64,000 bases of DNA from assembly GCA_039621445.1 (NCBI GenBank), contig CP154954.1:8124634-8188633 (forward strand). Direction: 5' to 3'. Of this stretch, positions 49,179 to 61,100 are shown piece by piece. The DNA comes from Euglena gracilis. Taxonomy: Eukaryota. Both the position numbers and the translations under genes were made by a program. The notes beneath the pieces are model-generated. The model saw only the letters and a list, made by a program, of their open reading frames with translations. It was not told where the DNA came from and ran no database searches. The stretch's first letter is position 1. Each line of letters begins with the position of its first letter.

Positions 49179-52100
49179 ACCTTAGGAAGCGACGCTGCCC
49201 CTGCCAATGAAGATGAACGCCGGCTGGCCCAGCTGGGGTACAAGCAGGAGTACACCCGCATCTTCAACACATGGACCAACTTCGGGCTCACCACCAGCAT
49301 GGTCAGCGTTCTGCTGGGCATCGTGCCCTTGTACACTTATTCGCTCCAGACTGGAGGTGTGTCCTCTCTTCCATCGCTCTCAAGCCCCCCCCCCCCCAAC
49401 GTGCCCAACAAACACCTTGTTCGGGCCCCAGCTGTTGTCAGGTGCGTTGCTGGGTGAGGATGGGGCTGTGGGGGTGAAAGCCACTGCCTCTTGGGCTGGT
49501 GCACTCATTTAGCACCTGTGTGAACCCCTCCCCAAGGGGGGTTTCAAGAATGGGTGGGTGGGTTGGGGCTGCTGGACCCCCCCCCCCCTCCCTGGGGGGC
49601 ACCATGGGTCACATTTTGGCCCGGCCGAAGGCCAGGCCAGAGAATTTTTTCAAGGCCCATTTTCCGGCCGATTTTGGCTTGGTATTGGGTGGGTGGGTGG
49701 TTGACCCCCACTGGGGGGGGGGGGCATGCGGGTTTGGACCCATGGAAGAATGGAAACCCCCCGGTCATTAAGCGAATCTGGCTGGAACCCAAAGCGAGCG
49801 AACCTTTCAGCGCGAATAATTGGAAGGGAGCTGAATAATGGATCAATTTTCAGCCCTTTTTTTTGCAAAATCCCCCCAGGTGATTGGATCCGGTTTAGTG
49901 ATCGGCTGCAGGTGAGGGGGGGTGGAAAAAAAAACGAAAGACGTTGAGTGCATATTTGGCAGTTGTTTTTTTTTTTTTATGCTTCTTTTTTGATTTTAGC
50001 GTATTTTAAAAAAACAAAAAAAAAAACGCCTATGAGGTTTTGCATGGAAAATTTTGTGAATGCATATTTTCAATCATTTTTGGCATCTTCTGGGATCTTT
50101 TCTGCCAAAATTTTCTTTCCACTAAAATGAAAAAGGCAATTTTTTTTGCCTTTTTGGATGTTCATTCAAAGTTTGGTTTGCTGAGGTTTGATGTTTCTTC
50201 ACAACGAGTTTTTTCACAACGAGTTTTTTCAAATGAGATTTCCTTTTTTTATTTCCTTTTTTTGTTTTTTTTTGGCGTTTTTTTTCAAAAGAAATACGGT
50301 GTTTTTTTAAAAACATGGTTTTTCTCAAAAAGAATTTGCAAAGTCCCAAGCATGATTGAGTGTTAATGACTGACTGGTTTTCTGGTGAAAAAAAGTGAGT
50401 GGCTGGTGTTTGAAGAGTGGACGTAGCCCCGCTCCCCCTGGGAGTTGGTAAATAATTGTATGACCCTGAAAGGGTTTCCTTATTTCTGAACTGGCAGGTA
50501 TTTTGGCAATTAACCGGGGCATTTTCACAAGGTACTTTGGGCAGTTTTAAATTTGCCCGAGATGGGGTCTGTCTGGTCGGTCGGTCTGGTGCGTTGGATT
50601 GAAGTACCTGCCCAGACACTCGAGGGCACTCTGAGACCGCCCCTCGGTGCAGAAGGGATGGGAAGCTTTTTTTTCGTCTTAAGGACCACCCTTTGAGGAC
50701 CGCCCTTGGGCCCAAGGGATGGCCAATGGCGAATCCGGGGATCGAACGGAGGCAAAAATCAAAAATAATTCAAAAGGTCGAAAAACGCGTTTTTTGCCGT
50801 TTTGGATGGATGGGCGATGGTTCAAGGATGCCCCTTCATTGCCAAAATACGGCTATTTTTTCGTCCATTTTTTTCACTGTGCTGGGACGGGAAGTTCTTT
50901 TTTTTTTTCAAGGACTGCCCTGCCCCCCCCCCTCTTGGTTCCCGGACTTGCCCCCATTGGCACAATTGCACAAATCGTTTTTTTTTTTTGAAGATTGCCA
51001 CATCCCAAAATCCGAACAATATCATTATGACTGGCGCCCAAGTCAAGCAGTCATTCCCCAAGCATTCCGGGCACAGGCCATGCGTGTGTGTTCCGGGACT
51101 ACCCAGCAACGACCATCAAACGGAAAGTTGCAGGAAAGATTCTGAGAAGGAGACCGAGCTGTGCGAGTCATGGCCAGTCCCCCCCCCCCAGGACCCCCCC
51201 ACATCCCTCCCCCCCAGGACCCCTCCCCCCCAGGACCCCCCCAGGCCCCCCCCCCAGGACCCACCCGGGGGCGGTACCCACAGGACCCACTGACTGTGGA
51301 GTTCCGGGCGCCTTCGGCGCCTGCTACCGGGGGGGGGGGCTACCGCCCCCCCCCGGACCCCCCCCTGTCTTCAAAATAGCCTCACCTTGTGGTGCAAAAT
51401 TTTTGCCAAGTGTTGCGGGACCCCCCAGGACCCCCAGGACAGGGTACTGCGGGGGGAAACTGACCATAAGTGAGCTGTGCACCATGCTGCCCATTTTGAA
51501 ACTCGTTGGACCTGGGCTGATTTTGGTCAACCCCAGCACCATTTCATTTTTTGCTCATTTCATTTTTTGCTCAGATGTTTTTTTTAAAAAAATCAAAAAA
51601 TATAAATAGCACATTTTATTGGAGAATCTGAACCAATTGAACCCGAAACAGTATTAAAAAGAGAGAGGGTTCATGTGATATTCAACCCGGTTTGGAATTG
51701 CACAAATTGCAGTTTTGGAAGGTTTTTTTTGAATTTTTAAAGATCTGCCCAAATGTGTCCCCCAAGTCTTTTGGCCCCCAATTTCACATCCCAGAGTGTA
51801 TTACGGAAGTTGGCTGATTTTTGGACAGAATGCTTCCTGGCTCAAGTACACTCAGCCACCTGGTGTTGCCCCCTCACCTTGTGGTGCTCTTTCCCAACAG
51901 GACCGGCCGTGATGCTCTGGAGTTGGGTCGTGATCGGTGTAATGGCCAAATCATTGCTTGGCTCCGCCACTGTGCTCACACTCACAAACAACAGTTGATG
52001 CCCAGAAATGTGAGGGAGTCATTTTGGGCTGTTTATCCCAATCACTGTAGATCGCAACACACATTTGATTGTGGAAATGACTTTGACTTCGAAGAATTCG

Positions 52101-55100
52101 CATTTTCACCGCCTTTTTAAAAAAAAGATTTTGTCCATTTTTGCTTGTTTGTTTTATGTGTTCAATCAGTTGACATTTTCGAAATCAGCAGTTTCCAACA
52201 CGTGTAAGTTGAAATGGATGGATTTTTGTCCATCCTAGAATTCAAGTTTTAATTGATTGATTGATTAATTTTAAGGTTTGTTTGTTGGTGGTTTTTTTGT
52301 TTGCAGAACACACATTTTTTGAAGGAAGATTACCCATCACCTCGCGGGGGGGGGGGGGGGGTTGTGGGCAGGTTTGAAGGGAGGGCATTTTTTCCCCTCG
52401 AGGGATGGGTGATAATTTTTATAAACCAGGCTGATTTTTGGCCATTCATAGTCTTTCTCACGTCACAAATGTATCCAATGAATCTTGTTTTTCATTTGCT
52501 TTGTGCACGATTCACAAATTCCAGGGGGGTTATACAATTGGGATCCCCCAAAAACGTACCAAAACGAAGTCGAAAACTCAAATGATTAATTCGGGGCAGG
52601 CTGGATCAGGCTTGATTTAATAAATTTTTACAGTGCTGTGGGGTGGCTGCTGGCCCCCCCGCGGCGGGGGGTGGCTGATTTGAGTTCCGTGTCGAGGCAA
52701 TCCAGGCAAATTTCTTTTGCCCCCCCCCCCATGTCCAACGACCAGTAATCCCACCACTGGGGGGGGGGTTGTTAGACACGGGGTCCAAGAAAATGCATAT
52801 AGGTTGGTGAAACCTCCGAAAAGGTGTCCTCGACAGGGGGGGGGTCGTTAGACATGGGGGGGGCAGGTCGTGGACGTGGGGGTAATGACCATTTTCGGGA
52901 AACGCATTTTTGACCCCAGCTCACACAAGGTCGTTGTGGTATTTTCCGCCAACTCCGCCACAACAAGCAATGGCATGGCCAGGACACTGTTCGTGGTTTC
53001 CTCACTGGCTGAGATCTGCGCTGCGTATCCCACAACCAGGGTATCATGGGGATCTGGAACAACCTTCAGGATGGAGGAGGGCTCGACCCCTCCGTGGTGG
53101 GTGGGGGGCCGCCCTCTGCTCGCAAAGTGTAATGTTCCTGCATTCCATTGCTTTCAGTGCTGGTGATCAGAAATGGATGGATTTCAAGGAACAAGTGACT
53201 GGCTGATTCAGGCATTTGCTTAAGGGATTGCAGTACCCCCCCCCCCCCCCCGGGGGGGCTGGACTGCAGCTAGTCCAAATTTGGCTAGTGGGTTTTCTAG
53301 CAGACCCCCCCCCCCGGGGGGGTCTGCTAGCAGGGCTAGCTAGTGGAAAAATTTTTTCCAGTAACCGGCGCGAAGCGCCGAAAATTTTTTTTGGGACCCC
53401 CAAATATGGCCAAAAATGCCCGTTTTTGGCCATTTTTGGAAATTTTTGGAACAAAATCAGCCAAAAACCTATTAAAAACCTCATTTTTCCTCCGGCGCGT
53501 AGCGCCGGAGGAAAATTTTTTTCCAGTCCGGGGGAGGGGGGGGTCTAGCTAGTCCACTTTTTCCAGTGTCTAGCCGATTGGCTAGCCAGTCCCCCCCCCC
53601 CCCCCCGGGGGTCCTTAAGCAAAAGCCTGGGCTGATTCTTTTGAACGTGGGCGGTGCCCGTCGTAAAGGTTTGGTCCCCCCCCCCCAACCTTGCCATGCA
53701 GCCCTGCCCGCAATGGGAGCACTGTATTTCTGGGCTTACCGCTTAGGCGGCCCCGAGTGGGGTCCAGGATATTTTTTTTTGCTTTGATTGCACGCTGGTG
53801 TATCCCGGTATCCGCGCACGCTGTTATATCCAACCATTTTGATGCACAAATTACGCACAAGCAAGGCCTACCACCCGCCCACCCTTCCACACACACACCA
53901 CCCACACCCACGGCACATGCATGTTCACACACCCGTTTTCTTTCCACATCTCTTCATAAGTGATCATGAGTTCCAGCCTTTTTTTTTAGTTTTTGGATTG
54001 AATCCTTTTTTTTTGAGAAAACAATCCTGTTGTGCCCCTTCTCCGCTTGGACCGCCGGATGGTGTAATTTGCTAGGGCAGATTGGGGGTGTCGCCAGTGG
54101 CGGCTATTCCGGCGCTGTGGTCATCGGCGAAATTGTGCAAATCACAACCGGCATTGCAATGAATCCAGCCCAGACTTTGGGGATTTACGCCGCACCCAAG
54201 CCTCTTTTTTTAAAAAAAATATTCGTTTTTATTGCATTCAAAGTGTAGCATTATTTATGCCCCAAAATTTTCAGTACACTGAAAACAAGGCCCAATTAAT
54301 TGCTAAACAAATTAACCCCCTCAATAAGTGCACAATGGCTTTATAAGTGCGCACCCCCAAGGGTCCGAAACCACCTCCCTAACAAGTGCGCACCCCCCCC
54401 CCCAAAGGAGAAATTACTGCCACATCTCAGGTCAGAAAGCACACACAATTCTCAGAATTGTCCTTCTCAGATCAAACATTTCTACCGCCCAAGCCGAAAT
54501 TGGAAACACAATCACTCTTAGGTGGCCGGATTCGCATTTAAGCTTTTTTGTGTTGGTTTGCGCATTTCCGCAAATTACCAAACTTTTTTATTTCGGCTGT
54601 GTGGCTCTGGGGGGCATACATCTCTCTAAGGTTTTGCGAACCCCCCCCCGGGGGGGGGCGGCTGCAGCCAGCCCCGATTTGGGCCCAGCCCAGCCGCAGT
54701 CAGGGATGGGATTTTTTTTTTAAGTTAAGGACCGCCCCTTAAGGACCGCAGCACCCCCCCCCAGGGGGGGGGGGCGGTGCTGCTAGCCCAGCTAGCCAGC
54801 CCCTTTTTGGGGGGTCCAGCCCAAAATTTTTCGGCGCAAAGCGCCGAAATTTTTTGAAAAACTGTGTTCAAAAGTGGCCAAAAATGGGGTTTGGGGGGCG
54901 TTTGGGGCATTTTTGGGGGGTTTCAGATGCATCATTTTTTCAAAACTGTGTTTTGCAGGTCATTTTGGGGCATTTTTCTGATTTCAGTCCAGCTCGCCCC
55001 GGTTCGGGTCCAGCCGGGGTCCAGCCCCCCCCCCCCGGGGGGGGGGGGGGCGGGCTAGCCAGCCCAAATTTCTAGCCAGCCCAAATTTCTAGCCCTAGCC

Positions 55101-58100
55101 CAGCAACCGCCCCCCGGGGTCCTTAAAGAGATGTATGCTGGGGGTCTGAAAACACAGAACAAGAGAGTGCAAAAAATGAACGAAATTCTGTTTTTGGCGG
55201 TGTGACCCCTGGGACTTTGGTGAGAAATGGTGTTTTTGGGCGTCCAGAAATGGGCTCCGCACGTCGAAACCCGCGGGACCCCCCCCCATGGGAGTGAAAA
55301 AAACGCAAAACAGCAACACAGGAATGGGACCTTTACTGATGTTGTTGTTCCTATCCAGGCAAGGACAGGACCAAGGACAGCCACCAGAGCCCACCGGATC
55401 CCACCGGATCTGCAGATTCGGTGACCATTGGTACAGATTTGGTAAGATCTGGTAACAAAACCAGATGATTTGGGCCAAAAACACCTGAAAATGACCAAAT
55501 TCACTCAGAATGCTTGTTCATTGCAATTTTATAATCGATGGGCGCTTTTGCAGATGTTTTTCTCTCATTCAGTCATTTTTGGTTGTGCCTGATTCTTGCC
55601 ACGTGGTGCGATGCACGCGGTGCTGGCAGGGATTTTTTTTTCGGCGCCGACAAGTATATCCCAACCCCCCCCCCCCTCTGGGGGGATCCCCCCTGGGGGG
55701 CTCGGCCAGACCCACCCACCCTCCCCCCCCCTCCCCCCGGATTCCAAGTTTTAAAAACCCCCTGGGTGCCGCACGCGGTGTGAAACACGCGGTGCGGAAG
55801 CCACCCACCCACCCCCTGGGGGGGGGTCAGGGGACCCTTGTCTCGTAATGATTGAATATTTGTGTGCGAAAGGACATTGTGCAAGTGGTTAACGATTGTA
55901 TCACCTTGCTACTGAGCTAAAATGCAATAAACCAATAAAAAAACAACAGACAAGCAAAAAATCCAGACGAAAGCAAGGCATTTGAAATCCAGTAAAGTGT
56001 TGGAAGAATTACAGAAAATTTCTGCAGGAGGCAATATGCAATGGTCCGTTTGACAATTTTACGAAGCCAGAGGTTCGATGCGTCGCTTTCAGGCCAACGT
56101 TTGTCTAGGGAAGATATTTCCTCAAAGTTGTTCTTCTCTTTCCGAAGAGACATCATCCACTTCCCATCCACCATTTGATCAATGATGCGCATTAATGGTT
56201 TCAACTTGGGAGAAGGGCATGTCTCCGCAATGCTTTTTTTTTTTGAACCCCCAAGGCTCCTGCCACAAACGCCGGCACAGAATTGAAAATCTTGTGGTGT
56301 GAGCAGCCCCCACTCCCCACCCCCTCCCCATTCCTTGTTTTTCCCACGGTGCCGATTGTTAGGTGAAGGTGTTCTTTCGATGCCGAAGAATTCCCCCCCC
56401 CCCATGAGGTGGATCGGGGGAGTGTCCCCCACTTCCTGGTGGGTGTGGGTTGAACCCACAGCCATGCCAACGTTGGTTGACCCGTCCACCCTCTTGGTGA
56501 CAGTGCTCATTGAAACGGGTGGGGACGCTAGTGCAGGGGGGGGGGAATGCAACTTGCATAATTTGCATTTTTTTTTGCATAATCAGGTTTTCCCGAAATT
56601 TGCATTTTTTTTTTGCATTTTTTTGCATTTTTTTTGCAAAAAATATTTTGCCCTGGAAATTTTTTTGTAGTTGGTTGCCGTATGTTTGGATTTTTTGCAT
56701 TTTTTTTGCATTTTTTACATAAAATATTTTGCCCTTGAAAAAAATTTTGTAGTTGGTTGGCATATGTTTGGATTTTTTTGCATTTTTTGTGTTTTTTTTG
56801 CATAAAATATTTTGCCCTGGAAATTTTTTTTGATTTTAGGCAGCAAAGCTCTGTCATATTCCAGCTTTTTCTCAAGGTTTTCATGCAAGTTGCATTTTTT
56901 TGCATTTTTTTGCATTTTTTTGCATTTGCATTTTTTTGACTTGCATAATTTGAAGGGCCAAGTTGCATTCCCCCCCCCCCCTGGCTAGTGGGAGGGGAAT
57001 ACCCTCTTATCTCAATTGGATGGGGAACCGGCGGGGAAAGGAGTTGCTTGGCGCGGACCCTTGTGGTGGCTGGGGTGGTCAACACCCTCTCCGACACGAT
57101 GCTCACGGGCAGGCAGCTTTTTCGCCAGAGGTAGGTGGGCCACAGGACCAAAGGTTCATAGGTTCATTCAACACCTGTGGTGACCCTCCGGGGGGGATGG
57201 GTAGGTTTTTGAGATTGGGTGGGTGGGTTGGGACCGCTGGACCCCCCCCCCCCCCAGGGGAAGGGGTGTCCTGTGCCATGGGTCAGATTTTGGCCCGGCC
57301 AAAGACCAGGCCCAACAAATTTTCGGGGGCTTTTCAACCGATTTTGGCTGGATTTTGGGTGGGTGGGTCAATGGTTGACCCCCCCCCCCTGGGGGGTTGT
57401 GGGTGGGGGGTTTTTGAAAACAGTGGGTGGGCGGGTTTGGGCCCAGGGTCCCTCGCGGGGGGGGGTCACCAAATGAATCCATGAATCTGACCCTCCAGAT
57501 TCAATGACACCATTGGGCAAAAATTGCCTGTGTGCAGGACTGTGCTACATCTCGGTGGTGTGGCACCTCGTGGGCTGCATCTTGATCATTGCGCTCATGA
57601 ACTGCTATGCTCCGACCCACAAGTCGGTGTCGTATGTGTTGACAGAGTACAACAATTCTACTGGTTTCACACCCAAGCAGCAACTTCATTGGCTCCAAAA
57701 CCGGCCTTTGCTTGAGAACTCCATTGGGGTCCACTCCAAGGGGGTCCATTGTCTGATATGTGATTTGCTTTGCATTTTGAAGGTTTTTTGTTGCAATGTC
57801 ACAAGCACAAGCAACACGCACCTTGGAAATCAAATGTGGGAAATGGGTTCAATGTCAAAATGCATTCCCAAATCCCAAATTGCGAATTACATATGAAATT
57901 GATGAGCTTGGTCATAGGTGGACATTTCAGAATTCTCTTCACATACTGGAGTCATACTCATGTTATTCTCACAAAATATTGATTTGTTTTCTATTAAAGT
58001 TATCCGAACAGGTTTTGTCACCAGACACAATTTTTTTGAAGTGTTTCTGCTTGTGTCCATCAAATATTTATGTTGGGCTTATTGGCTTGCTTGCTGCCTC

Positions 58101-61100
58101 CACCACATTCACGGGCTACGACACAGCCTCTCACGTAGCAGAGGAAACTCACAACTCTCATAACTCTACCCAGGACATTGGACGTTTTTGAAGGTGATGA
58201 CAACCATGAAACAACGCAGCTGTGCTCGTTCTACATTTATTTACAATTGCCTTTTATTCATAAGTTATTTTATTTTTACGAGATGTACATTATGATTTTT
58301 TTTATTTATATCACAAGTTAATACATCTGTTGTATTATTTTTAATTGAATTTCGCAACAGGATGCCCAGCAAGGGGACTTGCAGGATTTGCTTTTTTACA
58401 ACCTTTTCAACAACCAACAAATCTTTGTGCTCCCGGGTGCCTGCCCATTGCAGGCACACCCTCCAGGGAGGAATCAATTTGAAGGCACCGCCGCCAAATT
58501 GTGTCATAGCACTGCCCCTCCCCACTTGCCTTCCCAAAGCATCCCCCAGCAGTGCACAGGGCGGTCCCGTAAAGGACCGCCCTTTGAGGACCGCCCTTGG
58601 GGACGGCCAATGGCTTCTCCAGGCGTCGGACAGGGTCGGAAATAAAAAAAAAGGTCAGAAAAAACACATTTTCTGCCGTCTTGGGTGGATGGGCGAAGGT
58701 CCAGGTGCGCCAGAAATAATTGTTCCCCCAAAATCGACCCATTTTTACCAAAATATGCCATTTTCTGCACCATTTTTTTGTGCATTTTCCATTGAAGATG
58801 CTGGGACGGAATTGTTTGTTCAACGACTGCGCTGGGGGTGCCACCTTCCTTCTGGTTTGCAGAGCATTTTTCTGAAAGATTTTTAAGCCATAATGGTAAA
58901 ATGATGAATGCATTCATGATTTCAAGATTTGATGGTAACCACGCGGATGTCGAAAGTGGATGTTGTCCCCATTGCAGACTGGGTGGTCAACTGGTTCCCA
59001 ACAGGGGTTTTCTTAGTATAGGACCCCCGGGCCCGGGGGGGGGGGAGGTAGGCAGGGGGGGGAAATATGCACGGTACTTTGCAGTTTTCATATTTTGGGT
59101 TTGCGCGTTTTCAGTTTTTTTTGCATTTTTGAGCTTTTTTTGCAGTTTTTTTTTGATTCTAGTTTTGAGGAAACCTGAGGTGTCTATTTTTTTGTGCTGG
59201 ATTATATGTTTGAAGGGTGTTTCTCAAGAAAAAGCATCACCTGTTCATGAGTTGTGTTGTGTGCAGTTATCCCACCAATTGTCTTGCCCCCAACTGTCTC
59301 GCAAATTCCCAGGTTGTAGACCATTTGGCAATCCCTTAAGAACAATGTTCAAAGTTTGTGGTGGTTGTTGTAGATTTTTTTCATTGTGACATGGGGAAAC
59401 TTCACCAGGTGATGGACCGAAAGTTCCAAATCGAACATCCCCGGCAAGAAATGAAGCATTTTCCCCATATTTGGAAAGGAAACCGTTTGGCATCTTTATG
59501 GGCGTGATCGGTACAAGTTTTGGTGCAGGAAAACCGGTGTGACCCGGCATCCAAACACATGATTTCAGTGCATTTCAGTGCATAAAAATAAAACCATGTA
59601 CAGTGCACCTTGATTGATTGCTTCCATTTTTTGTTGTCATCGGCTCCAAAGCAGTGCAAAAAAGAAGTTAGGTGAATTGGGGTGTGCTCGTGTGGTCGCA
59701 ATTTACGTTGTTTTGCATATGCACACCATTTCAGCTTGTTTATTGTTATTTTTTTTTGTTGAAGTGCAGTTTTTTTTGCAGTTTTTTTTGCAGTTTTTTG
59801 CAGTGCAGTTTTTGACCAGCCCCGTGCAGTGCAGTTTCTCCCCCCCCCCCCCGGGGGGGTAGGGTGGGTGGGTCTGGCCGAGCCCCCCCCCCCATCAGGG
59901 GGTCCCCCCAGAGAGGCCCAGGGGGGTCCCCCCAGGGGGGGAGTGGGATATACTTTTCGGCGCCAAAGGCGCCGAAAATTTTTGAAAATGTGCTATTTGG
60001 CATTTTTTTGTGAGTTTTTAGCCTTTTTCGGGAAAGTGAGTGGGTCCCCCGGGACCCCCCCCCCTTGGGAGGCGCCTCTTAAAAAAAAAACCCCCTTTGG
60101 GAACCGACCCCCCTCCCATCCAGCACAGATGATGGCACAGATCCAACTAACAGCTAACTGGGGGCCCCTTCCTAAGCGATCCTGTTTGACCCCACCCCAA
60201 AGTCCAAACCCCTCCACACACCCGAAATATCAACTAATTTGACGTTTAAGAATCCAACTGTCCAACAAAGGTTTCAAAAACTTCATTCACTCACGTTTTG
60301 AGCACATTTTACAACGATCCAATTGCAAGTTTTTTGTCTATGTTAGAACCCCCCCCCCTGAAGTTGTTGGTCCAAGAAAATTCAGACGATTCAGTTCCCG
60401 GGGGGGGGGTCTGAACCCCCCCTTCCCCACTCTTAGGCAGCCGAATTCACACTTAAGCTTTTTTGTGTTCCTGCACCACCATACAGATGAACACAAAAAA
60501 ATTATTTTGGTGTGTGGCCCTGGGTGCGTTGAAGACACGAGGGCAAAAAATGAACAAATTCCTGTTTTGGGGGGAACAGGGACCCGGGGGCTTTGTAAAA
60601 AAAAAAGGCAATGCACGCCTTAGCGCCCATGCACAAAGAAAAAACCCTTAAGTGCGAATTCGGCCGCCTGAGCCACTGCTGGCCTCCGTTCCATTCCCAG
60701 TGATCCACCCCCGTTGCGGAATCCTGGAAAAGGGAATCCTGGCAACCACCAGATTGCCGAACTCCAACCGTTCTGTTCCACCCCCCTTGCCATGATCGGT
60801 TCGGTGATCAACTGCCTTGTACTGGACAGGCTTCTCTTAAGCCCCACCATGTGATGTGCAGCCGCTCAGGAAACTGTTGTGTACACAGTACGCCACCAGA
60901 AAAGTTTTTTTGATTACCCCCCCCCCCTAGTCGTACGACCACCCCTCATCTATGACCACCCCCCGGTCACAGGTTGCAGGTCATGGGGGTGTTATGACCA
61001 CCCCCCCCCGGTCACAGGTTGCAGGTTGCGAAAAAATTTAACCCCCCAAAATAAGTCCCCCCCCTGGCCGGTCCGAGCAAAAATCCATGAAATGGACCCC

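Larger units (their letters stand above)
54194..57055 (+). other. Non-conventional intron (CAA +4, TTG -8) with nested MITEs
   Basis: accCAAgcctc...gagttgcTTGgcgcg; restores IYAA/TLVVAG. Confidence 0.8.
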
